From an uncultured Planctomycetota bacterium (GTDB lineage: Bacteria; Planctomycetota; Planctomycetia; Gemmatales; Gemmataceae), in NCBI GenBank assembly GCA_963849325.1, contig CAWKHF010000012.1, positions 288,001-352,000 of the forward strand: a DNA stretch of 64,000 bases, in the 5' to 3' direction. A program made the position numbers and the translations under genes. The notes under the pieces were generated by a model that worked only from the letters and a program-made list of their open reading frames with translations, was not told the DNA's origin and did not search any database. The stretch's first letter is position 1. Each line of letters begins with the position of its first letter. Shown in pieces: positions 41,558 to 49,988 of the stretch.

Positions 41558-43216
41558 ATGGGCGACATGCCAAGACGCGCGTACTCCTACCTTCGGTTTT
41601 CCCACCCCAAGCAGGCTACCGGGGACACCATCCGAAGGCAAGAAGAATGGACCGCGAGCCTGTGCCGGCGGCACAGCTGGTATCTCGATGACACCCTACG
41701 CTTTGCAGACAAGGGGAGGTCCGCGTTTCACGGCGGACTCAAGGCGCTAGGGCAGTTCCGCGACCTGGTGCGACGCGAACGCATCGCGCCCGGCTCGGTG
41801 CTCGTCGTGGAGGTGCTCGACCGCATCTCCCGCGAGGAGGTTGATGATGCTTACGACATCTTCCGAGAGATCATCCGGGCCGGCATATGGATCGCTACGC
41901 GGGAACCGGAGCGCATCTATACCCGCGAGACGTGTGCTGGGAACATGCTCAATCTGCTGGAACCGCTCTTCATCTTTGCACGTGCCCACGATGAGAGCCG
42001 TGCAAAGTCTATGCGTATCCGGGAGGCGTGGGTGCATCAGCACCGAAAAGCGAGAGAGGAAAAGCAGCCGATCCAATCGCGGCCCCCTTGGTGGCTAAGG
42101 AAGGGGCAGCACGGTTATGAGTTGATCCCAGAGCACGCCGAGGCGATACGGCAGATGCGAACGCTCTGCCTATCCGGGCACGGGTACACCCAGACCGCAG
42201 GGGAATTGGCCCGGCGGCTGTTTCGCCCGCCCGGACGGAACTGGTGTATCGAGACCATCCGAAGTACGCTGAAATCTCGTCGCACGCTCGGCGAGCACCA
42301 GCCGGGACACAAGATCAAAGGCCGGCTGGTGCCGGACGGACCACCGATCCAGGGATACTACCCGACTATCTTCACTCCGGAGGAGTGGGAGGCCATACAA
42401 GGGGCGATCCAGCGCAGACAACGCAACAAGCCGGGACGGCCAGCGAAGGAATGCGCCAACCTCTTTACCGGGTTGGTATTCGAGGCGAATTCCCGGCTAC
42501 CTATGTCAAAGGGGTCCGCACGGCCGCAGCATGGGGGGAAGAAATACAACAGCCTCAAGTGTAGGAACGCTTATTATGGGATGCCGCTCTGCCGCGTTCC
42601 CTACGAGTCGCGTAGGGGACAGCCGGGATTTGAGGGGTGCGTGTTAGACACCATCGCGATGCTACGTCCCCAGGACGTGCTTGACGACGAGCGGCGATCC
42701 GACGAGCGGGAGCACCGCATCGACGCACTGACCAAACGTGTAACGGCCCTGGCACATCGCCGGGGACAACTGCAGGCGGCGGCAGCCGACCCAGAGCAGG
42801 ACGCCGCAGACATTCTACCAGCCCTGGCGACAGTACGTCGGGAGTTGGAAACGGCGGCGAAGGAGTTGAATGCCCTCAAGCTCGAAAGCCAGACAGGCCG
42901 GGCGGAAGCGCTAGCAGAGTGCCAGACGCTACAGGAACTGCGGCAACGCGCCCAGGGCGAGGAGCGGCAGGAGTTAGACCGCCGCATCAAGGCGGCGCTA
43001 CCGTCGATCATGGAATCCATCTGGATACAGTGCCAGAGAGTATCTACCCGGCATCAGATCGTACACATCCAGATATGGCTACACAGCGGCTCCATGCGCT
43101 ATGTGCAGATGCTGCCACCGAACCTCCACGGCGTCAAGCCGTGGCAGCTGGAGGAACACGACCTACGCAAGGGGCATTATGTAGGCGACGCTACAAATAT
43201 GGCCCAACCGGCGTAG
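41558..43216 (+). CDS. Large serine recombinase (integrase)
   Basis: AYSYLRFS..KQ catalytic Ser, D.GRSAF, VEVLDRISR, ESRAKS.R, YYPTIFTPEEW, NLFTGL, coiled coil; SD AGGAGG. Confidence 0.93.
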   Translation: MGDMPRRAYSYLRFSHPKQATGDTIRRQEEWTASLCRRHSWYLDDTLRFADKGRSAFHGGLKALGQFRDLVRRERIAPGSVLVVEVLDRISREEVDDAYDIFREIIRAGIWIATREPERIYTRETCAGNMLNLLEPLFIFARAHDESRAKSMRIREAWVHQHRKAREEKQPIQSRPPWWLRKGQHGYELIPEHAEAIRQMRTLCLSGHGYTQTAGELARRLFRPPGRNWCIETIRSTLKSRRTLGEHQPGHKIKGRLVPDGPPIQGYYPTIFTPEEWEAIQGAIQRRQRNKPGRPAKECANLFTGLVFEANSRLPMSKGSARPQHGGKKYNSLKCRNAYYGMPLCRVPYESRRGQPGFEGCVLDTIAMLRPQDVLDDERRSDEREHRIDALTKRVTALAHRRGQLQAAAADPEQDAADILPALATVRRELETAAKELNALKLESQTGRAEALAECQTLQELRQRAQGEERQELDRRIKAALPSIMESIWIQCQRVSTRHQIVHIQIWLHSGSMRYVQMLPPNLHGVKPWQLEEHDLRKGHYVGDATNMAQPA

Positions 43217-43628
43217 GCAACTGACCGCGAGCGCACAGTCGGCGTAAGCATCGGGAGGCCCGGAAAACCGCCGGGCCTTCGCCATCTCGGCGACCCAGGA
43301 ATCCCCATCCCAGAAGAAGCCGAACGAAGAGAGGACCACGAAGCAACCGCCAAGCATGATGCACCCCCTCGGTAGCAATCATGCACGCGCCACACCGCGT
43401 TTTCGTCACCACATCCTACCAAGCCCAACCAGATTCTCAGGACCAACGCCGGTAACTGTCAAGCAAGGGTAAGAATCCGCAACGCTGGAGCACTCAACCG
43501 CACGACACGGCCTGCCCTAACAACCGGGCTTTCCACACGCTTGTCCGCAACTATCAGTTTGCACCCGACCGGGTAGGTTGTAGTCTTGGTGAGTCCTGAA
43601 CGCTCCCTTACCCACGGCAGAGGTTGAC

Positions 43629-43865
43629 ATGAAACCAAAATTGCTGACCATCGCCGAGGCGAGCAAGAGACTAAACGTGTCCGGCACCACGCTACGGCGG
43701 ATGATCCGCACCGGCGAATTCCCGCCGCCCGTTCGGCGGAACAGCCGCTGGGTCCGTGTCCCGGCATCGGACATCGAAAACTACCTGACCAAACTGGCGG
43801 AACGCCGCCAGACCGAGCAACCCCGACACCAGGCCGACACCACCGGCCGCCAATTGGAGACATGA
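43629..43865 (+). CDS. AlpA/excisionase-type HTH DNA-binding protein
   Basis: LLTIAEASKRLNVSGTTLRRMIRTGEFPPPVR...RVPASDIENYL. Confidence 0.85.
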   Translation: MKPKLLTIAEASKRLNVSGTTLRRMIRTGEFPPPVRRNSRWVRVPASDIENYLTKLAERRQTEQPRHQADTTGRQLET

Positions 43866-43868
43866 ACC

Positions 43869-45114
43869 ATGAAAGCCCGCGTTTTGAAAGCCTTCGACGA
43901 TTGCAAGGCCGGCGACATCATCGACGTGCCGCGAGCCACGAGCAATTTCGCCGTGCAGAGAGGCGATTTGGAGGAAATCAAGGACGCTGAAACCCTACTC
44001 GCGCAAAAGGTCCGTCGCGCGATCGAAAGGCGCACGATCAGGAAAAAAGTCAGGTCGCTGGAGAGGCCCGCGTTGAGCTTCGGCCAGTTCCTGACCCTGC
44101 TAGCCAAGAGTGGAGGCCGCGACTTCCCCGCGCTCGCCCAGAAGGCGGCGCTGAACGAAGCGTCTGGGATCGAGGGCGGTTATCTCGCGCCACAGGGCTT
44201 CGCCAAAACTATTTTCCAGGCCAGCGAGCGGGGCCGAATCCTGCGCCGGAGCTACCCTATTCCCCACGAGCCACCGTGAAGAGTTAATCCCCTTGTGGGA
44301 TATGACAACTCCACAGACGGCCGGCACAACGCCGTTCTTCGGCGGGCTGAAATTGCAGTGGTACGAGGAAGGAGTCGAACCGGCCGAAAGTGAACCGGCG
44401 ACCAAGCAGCTGGCGATGGTCCCGAACTATCTAGGCGCGCTGGTGTTGGCCTATAACGCTTGGCTCGCGGACGCCGCTCGAGGGACCGTAGAAGCGTGGC
44501 TCTTGGCCCTGTTCGGAGAAGCCGTGGCGTGGTACGAGGAATACGGCTTCCTCCAGGGCAAGGGGGCGGGCCAACCGCTCGGCATCCTCAACAGCGGCGC
44601 AACCATCAACGTCAGCCGCGCTGTCGCCGGCGACATCGAGTTCGCCGACATTGGCGGGATGCTCAACAAGCTACTTCCGGAGTCCATCAATCGCTGTTTC
44701 TGGATGTACTCGCCGACCTGTCAAAGCGCCCTGATGCAACTCAAGGACGGCGCGAATCGGGCCGTGATGCTGCAAGTCGGAGCGACGCCCGCCGGACGCG
44801 GACAGTGGACCATCGCCGGAATCCCTGCTTATCCGACCGAGAAGTTGCCAGCCCTAGGGACCAAGGGAGACCTCGTACTCATCGACCCGCGCTGGTATGC
44901 AATCAGTGACTTCATAGCCGAGGAGGGACAGCCGGCGGGCGGCGGTCGTAGCCTAGCCGTAAGTTTCTCTGGCGAGGCGAGTCAGACGGTCTTCACCAAG
45001 AACCAGACGGTCTTTATGATTTCACAGCGCCTCGACGCACGGCCGGTTATCGACAGCCCCATCACCTTGCAGGACGGCGTGACGCAGGTGTCGCCGTTCG
45101 TGGCCCTTAACTAA
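43869..45114 (+). CDS. HK97-family phage major capsid protein (frameshift at C-run ~44261)
   Basis: ALNEASGIEGGYLAPQ, W.EEG....ES.P, FLQGKGAGQPLGILN, LMQLKD, G.P.Y.TE.LPALG..GD..L.D, F.KNQT.F....R.D..P, SPFVAL. Confidence 0.88.
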
Positions 45115-45240
45115 GACATTTGGGCTCCGCGAACACGGCGAGGCGACGGATTGCCTAGCCGTGGAGTCGCGCCACGGTGATGCTGAACCTTTTCGTGCAA
45201 TCCACATCGAAAACTACCCGCAAGCCTTGAGGGAGAAGAC

Positions 45241-46215
45241 ATGAGCAGCCTGGCCGACGAAATCATTGCCGCGATGGAAGCGGGCGGAACCAAGAAGGAA
45301 CCCGCAACGTTCGACGAGGTAGACGCTTTCCATCTCCAAAACGAGGCCGAACAAGTGTTGAAGTACCTCCCGCTACTCGGACAAAGCGGCTACCTCGTCG
45401 AGGGCTGGTCGCACCTACTCGCCGGCTTCCCCCGCGTCGGCAAGTCCGAATTACTCTACGCCTGCATGGTCGAATGGTTACGAGCGGGCCAGACCATTCT
45501 CTACTTCACCGAGGAGGGCCGTGAGCTATGGCGGCAACGACTTCAGCGCCAACGAGTACCCGCCGAGGGATTACAACTGGTGTTCGCGCTCGGTGGCAAG
45601 TCCCTGGACCTCCTAACGCGGATGAGGAAGAGTGGGGAGCCTATCGTTGTGATCGACACCATCCGCAGCCTGCAAGTCCTGCCGGCCGACGAGAACGACA
45701 ACGCCGCCGTCGCCCGCGCCCTCGAACCCTGGGTGACTGCCGCACGCGAGATGAGCAAGACCCTGATTCTCAGCCACCATGCCCGCAAGGGAGGCGGCGA
45801 GCACGGCGAGGGCATCTCCGGCGGTCATGCCCTCTTCGGGGCCGTGGACGTGGCCCTGGAAGTCTGCCGCAGTACGACACCGGCTCGGCGGATCATCAAG
45901 GCCCATGCTCGCCTAATCCAGCCCGCCGACCTCCTCTACGAGCGGGACGAGGATGGCAGCCTGGCCGCTCTCGGCGATCCCAGCGGCGTCGGCCTGGCGG
46001 AAGTCGGCCGCCGCATCCTCGACGTGATGGATCACCAATGGGCCAAGACGGCCGACGTACACGACCGCCTGGAGGAACCCCGGCCCAGCGCGGAACAACT
46101 TCGCCTCGCTCTGGCCGCCGAGGCCCGCTGCGGCCGCCTGGAACGCGATCCGCCCATCAGCGTCGCCAACGTCCAGGGCAAGACCACTCGCTGGCGGCTC
46201 CTCGGAGGCGAGTAA
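45241..46215 (+). CDS. AAA/RecA-like (RepA/SF4-type) helicase-like replication protein
   Basis: Walker A AGFPRVGKS, YFTEE, Walker B VVIDT, LSHHARKG...SG..AL.GAVD; probable C-terminal wHTH. Confidence 0.82.
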   Translation: MSSLADEIIAAMEAGGTKKEPATFDEVDAFHLQNEAEQVLKYLPLLGQSGYLVEGWSHLLAGFPRVGKSELLYACMVEWLRAGQTILYFTEEGRELWRQRLQRQRVPAEGLQLVFALGGKSLDLLTRMRKSGEPIVVIDTIRSLQVLPADENDNAAVARALEPWVTAAREMSKTLILSHHARKGGGEHGEGISGGHALFGAVDVALEVCRSTTPARRIIKAHARLIQPADLLYERDEDGSLAALGDPSGVGLAEVGRRILDVMDHQWAKTADVHDRLEEPRPSAEQLRLALAAEARCGRLERDPPISVANVQGKTTRWRLLGGE

Positions 46216-46332
46216 CTTCACTTCCCACCTATAGGAGAGACCCCCTTGTATGTGAGGTGAAGAAAAGTGAAGCGAAGCGTTTACGCTTCACTTTCTTCCC
46301 ACAGTCCCTCTCTTAAGGAGGGAAGTTCAGTT
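46214..46332. repeat. Long imperfect inverted repeat directly after the helicase (candidate origin)
   Basis: AACTTCACTTCCC...GAAGAAAAGTGAAGCG / CGCTTCACTTTCTTC...GGGAAGTTCAGTT. Confidence 0.55.
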
Positions 46333-46363
46333 CATCCAGCGCTCGACACCAACCGGAGGCATC

Positions 46364-46606
46364 ATGTCTGAACTGAAAGACGTTGTAAACAAACTGTGCA
46401 AAGAGCTTGACCGGCTCTTCCACACGCCGGACCTCTTGCACCGCGAGCAAGGTTATCCCAATCTAGCCGAACTTCTGGCTAGCATTAACGCAGGCATCCA
46501 CCGAGCCGCCGACGCTCTCGACCGGATGAACCCGCCGCCACAACCGCCGCCGTTCGTGCCGGAGGGCTTCACGGACGCGGAGTTGCTGGCCGGCAAGGTC
46601 AAGTAG
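46364..46606 (+). CDS. Small hypothetical protein (80 aa)
   Basis: SD GGAGG, ATG, helical sequence with Pro-rich tail; same strand as element genes. Confidence 0.6.
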   Translation: MSELKDVVNKLCKELDRLFHTPDLLHREQGYPNLAELLASINAGIHRAADALDRMNPPPQPPPFVPEGFTDAELLAGKVK

Positions 46607-47221
46607 TGTCCGTCCGCCGCACTCACGGCCCCAAGCGATGTCGTCCAGGCGTCGTTTCGGGGCCGATTCCTGCACCGCCAGCAGGCCAAGCTGCACCTTT
46701 CCTGTCGTCCCGCTGCACACCCTCGACAAAACCTCCACAACCGGCATCGCAGCCTTTTCTTGTCCATATACCGATCAAATGTTCACTAAAGCGATAAACA
46801 AGAGGAGTGAAGGTAGATCGTGTTGCCGGGATGGCCGCGTTTTCCGGGCTGGGAGGGTAGGTTGCGTCCGGCAGCTGGGAGGCGCGTGCGGGGGTGCGTG
46901 CGGCCCCTGCGCCGCCCTCCGCGTCCCGGCGGCCGTGGCCCGCACGGACGCTCTGGGCGGCTCCGGGCCTACGGTGCGCCGGGACGTATCCGCCGCCCCC
47001 TGCGGCCGTCTGTCCCGCTGCCCTCACGGCGACGGACAGACGGCCTGCGGGCGGCTCGGTGGTGCGTGTGTGTGTGTGTGTGCGGGGCTGTACGCCCCCT
47101 GGTGTCGCGCAGCGACACCGCCGTCGCTGCGCGACGGCTGCCGGCCCTTACAGGCCGGCGGGGGCTGCGGTGTGCGTGCTGCGGGACACATCGCGGTGAG
47201 ACCCTGCCTTGCGTGCCCGGC

Positions 47222-47404
47222 TGCCTGCTGCTGCCGGCCCAGGTGGTGCGCGACATCACGGCTGTTCGTGTTGATGGCCGGCAGCAGCAGGCAACTCGGG
47301 CTCGTGTGGGGCAGACCGTGCCTTGCGGGCGCACCGGCATCTGGCTGCGGCCCAGGTAGTGCGCGACATCCCGGTTGTTCGAGCTACGGCCGCAGCCAGA
47401 TGCC
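47222..47404. other. Two tandem hairpins with different stems and a conserved ~35-nt apical motif (candidate structured RNA/ssDNA)
   Basis: 18-bp and 17-bp perfect stems enclosing CAGGTRGTGCGCGACATCMCGGYTGTTCG. Confidence 0.6.
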
Positions 47405-47543
47405 ACCACGTCTACATTCGGCAACCGCATCCATGCGGGGTTCGAGGCGGGCAGGACGCCCGCCAGCTGGCCCATGACGACGAGGATGCGGCTCCAGCAG
47501 ACCCAAGGCCACGGGTGGCCTTGGGCTGCTGAGCTTCCTACGG

Positions 47544-47757
47544 ATGCAGGGACGCAGCCTGCGGAGCATTGCCGAGGAGGAGGGGGTGAGTCAGGAACAG
47601 GTACGCAAGGATTCTCGATCCTGCTGTCAACCAGTTGACACCTGACCTACCACCCGCCCAGGTGCTCGGCAAGGACGGCAAGGCGTATCCGGCGGACAAC
47701 TCCGCACGCAAGCCCGCGCTACCCGGTCCCGTCGTGGACAACGCCGCCGCTCCGTAG
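47544..47757 (+). pseudogene. HTH fragment with G.DGK.YP motif (frameshift near 47610)
   Basis: MQGRSLRSIAEEEGVSQEQVRKD / ...VNQLTP...VLGKDGKAYPA. Confidence 0.45.
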
Positions 47758-48587
47758 TCGGCTCCTCAGCATTTTCTTATTTATAAGACCGCTAGCACCC
47801 GTGCTTGCCTATCTTCGTTCCGTTCCCCCACGTCATCACGCCCAGCCTTCCCGCTGTCACGCCCTCTCGTGTTCACCGCGTCGCGTCATGGGCCATCCTG
47901 GCCCATAGTCGCGTCGCGGCGGGCCATCCTGGCCCTCAAGCTGTGGGCGGGTGCCCCGCCCCTGTTTGTCTCCGCGTCACTCGCGGTCGGGTTGTGACGG
48001 TGTATCGTGACCCTACCCGTCCTGCTGCTACCGCCGTGCCCTAGCAGATGCTTACCCGGTTTCCACGGCGTCGTAAGACAGACTAGCCTATGAGGTCCGC
48101 AGAGCACACCCGGCCAGACAGAAGCATTTTGAGGTCGTTCGTGTCGTACTGGCTGACGAGTCGTCACGTCCTCCCCCGCCCGCGACAGATTCCGCCAGTG
48201 TCGCGGGCGGCCTTTTTGGCCCCCGCGACACTGGCGGCTTCCGCCCAGGGGGGCGGAAGTGCGGTAGTGCGTAACGGTGTGTCGTGCTGTGACGCTCAGC
48301 ACGTCGTCTCGCCCTCCCCCCCGCGTAAGAACGCCGCCGGAGCGCGGGTTGTCCCCGCGTCCGGCGGCGTCGCAGCCCTTGCAGGCTGCGAAGAAGCTAC
48401 CAGGCGACGTCGTGACAGCCCTATTCGATGCTGCGAGGTTGACGGGTCATCATGCGCTGCTCTTTTCTTTTCTTTTCTCTTTTGAGTACAAAAGAGAAAA
48501 GAAAAGAAACAAAAGAAAAGAGAAAACAAAGACAGACACTCACACGCCCCAAGGGACAGGATGACGGTCAAACCCGTGAAATGATCG

Positions 48588-48760
48588 CGTTTTGTCCAAG
48601 TGCCCTAGGTGCTGTTGTAGCAGGTATGTCAAGGTAGGTTGATTAAAAGCAATTTTGCTGTCAGAGAAGTTGTACGGTCAATGAAACTAGGCAAAATTGC
48701 TTTTAATCATTCCACCTTGACTACCTGCTATTACATCATCAGGGGCACTTGAACAAAACG
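48588..48760. repeat. AT-rich ~70-bp imperfect inverted repeat with 32-nt spacer
   Basis: Arms 48588-48658 and 48691-48760; innermost TGATTAAAAGCAATTTTGC/GCAAAATTGCTTTTAATCA perfect. Confidence 0.85.
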
Positions 48761-49030
48761 GGTTAGACTTGCACGGGGAGGCGAGTGCGACCCGCCATTA
48801 CACGCCGGGTCGGAGAGGGAGGAGGAGGAGGAGGAGGAGTGGGGTGGGGGTGGCGCGGGCCGCAAGCGGCTCATATGTTCATGTGTTCATAGTTCATCGT
48901 GGGTCGTTGGCCGGTCTCCCCGCTGGGTGCCGCTGCGCTGGGCTGGGATGGGTGGTTACGGTCGGGGGCTGGGCGGCGGCCGCCTCCGGCGGCCGCCCGG
49001 TGTCTCCTTGTGCTCTCCGCCTTGTCCGTG

Positions 49031-49099
49031 TTTTTGTGCGGTTTTTGCGGGTTTTTCTGCATTTTCCTCTTGACAGCTACATGTCGTTTGTGGTAGAAT
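49031..49099 (+). promoter_or_regulatory. Near-consensus sigma70 promoter with phased T-tracts upstream
   Basis: TTGACA(49070)-18 nt-TAGAAT(49094) with TG extension; T4-5 tracts at ~10-11 bp spacing. Confidence 0.7.
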
Positions 49100-49177
49100 C
49101 GCTGTCTGCAATGGCGATGGGGGGCGGTTGGCCCCGCCCCCCATCTAACCCGAACCCCGTGCTAGCGGAGTCGAGTC

Positions 49178-49507
49178 ATGTCTAAGGGTATCCGTTCGTC
49201 GTCGGTCTGTCTATTCCACATTACCCCCCGCCGCAATCTCCAATCGATCTACAAGTTCGGCTTGCTGCCGTGCTTCGCTCGGGGCGTGTTGCGTGCCGTC
49301 TGGCTGTGCTCGGCTTCCCGCCGCCGCTGGGCCGCCGTCCACGTCGAGGACCAAAACTGGACTTCGGACATCGTTGTCATCCGCCTCATCCTGCCGCGTG
49401 CCTGGCTCCGCCGCTTCCGTCGCGGCATCTGGCATTGCTCGCAGCCGATCCCCCCCTCGTGCATTGTGTCCGTCTCCGCCCCGTCCCCGCTGTCCCCCGC
49501 CGCCTGA
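49178..49507 (+). CDS. Small ADP-ribosyltransferase-fold-like protein (Tpt1/KptA C-domain or DarT-like signature)
   Basis: LFHITPRRNLQSIYKFGLLP...VWL...IW....IPP..I pattern; SD GGAG. Confidence 0.55.
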   Translation: MSKGIRSSSVCLFHITPRRNLQSIYKFGLLPCFARGVLRAVWLCSASRRRWAAVHVEDQNWTSDIVVIRLILPRAWLRRFRRGIWHCSQPIPPSCIVSVSAPSPLSPAA

Positions 49508-49564
49508 ACTCTTGGCCCGCCCGATCCGCCGCCCAGCGGATCGGCCTTCTTGGAGTATTCGGAT

Positions 49565-49936
49565 ATGTCTACTCGTTCATATCGTCTGTGCTTGCGCATC
49601 GACAACGGCGTGGAACGCCACTACGCCGTCCGCCCGCTGGCAGCTGCCGACCTGGAAACGCCGTTCCTGTGCGGCTATGCCCTAACGGAACGCACGCAAA
49701 ATTCACACCCGACCTACCATGTCCGCCTTGCCGCCGATGGCATTGTCAACTGCTCGTGTCCGCAGTGGAACAAGGCCGAGACCTGCAAGCACGCCGACGC
49801 CCTCGTGGCCGCCGGCCTGCTGCCGGTGCGGCTCGTCGAAGTGCTCGCCGCCACCCGCCACTTGCTCGACCTCGCCGAAGCGAAGATCGCCGCCATGCCC
49901 AAGCCCCGATCCCGCAAGAAGAAGACGGACAACTGA
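49565..49936 (+). CDS. SWIM zinc-finger protein
   Basis: Y.V......CSCP......CKH..AL. Confidence 0.75.
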   Translation: MSTRSYRLCLRIDNGVERHYAVRPLAAADLETPFLCGYALTERTQNSHPTYHVRLAADGIVNCSCPQWNKAETCKHADALVAAGLLPVRLVEVLAATRHLLDLAEAKIAAMPKPRSRKKKTDN

Positions 49937-49988
49937 TCGTCGCCACGCGGACCGGCCGCAAGGCCGGTCCCCTCGACACGGAGGAAAC

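Noticed and set aside
43163-43446. Minus-strand ORFs between the recombinase and alpA as a repressor gene
   Set aside because: Three overlapping short ORFs, none with an HTH or recognisable motif; cannot support a call
47222-47404. CRISPR mini-array
   Set aside because: Only two units, the variable parts are self-complementary stems rather than spacers, and there are no cas genes in the window
46623-47532. Long ORFs in the structured tract (e.g. 46638-47477, 46820-47359)
   Set aside because: Cys/Arg/Ala-rich translations with CVCVC/HTHTH from the GT repeat, typical of GC-rich non-coding frames
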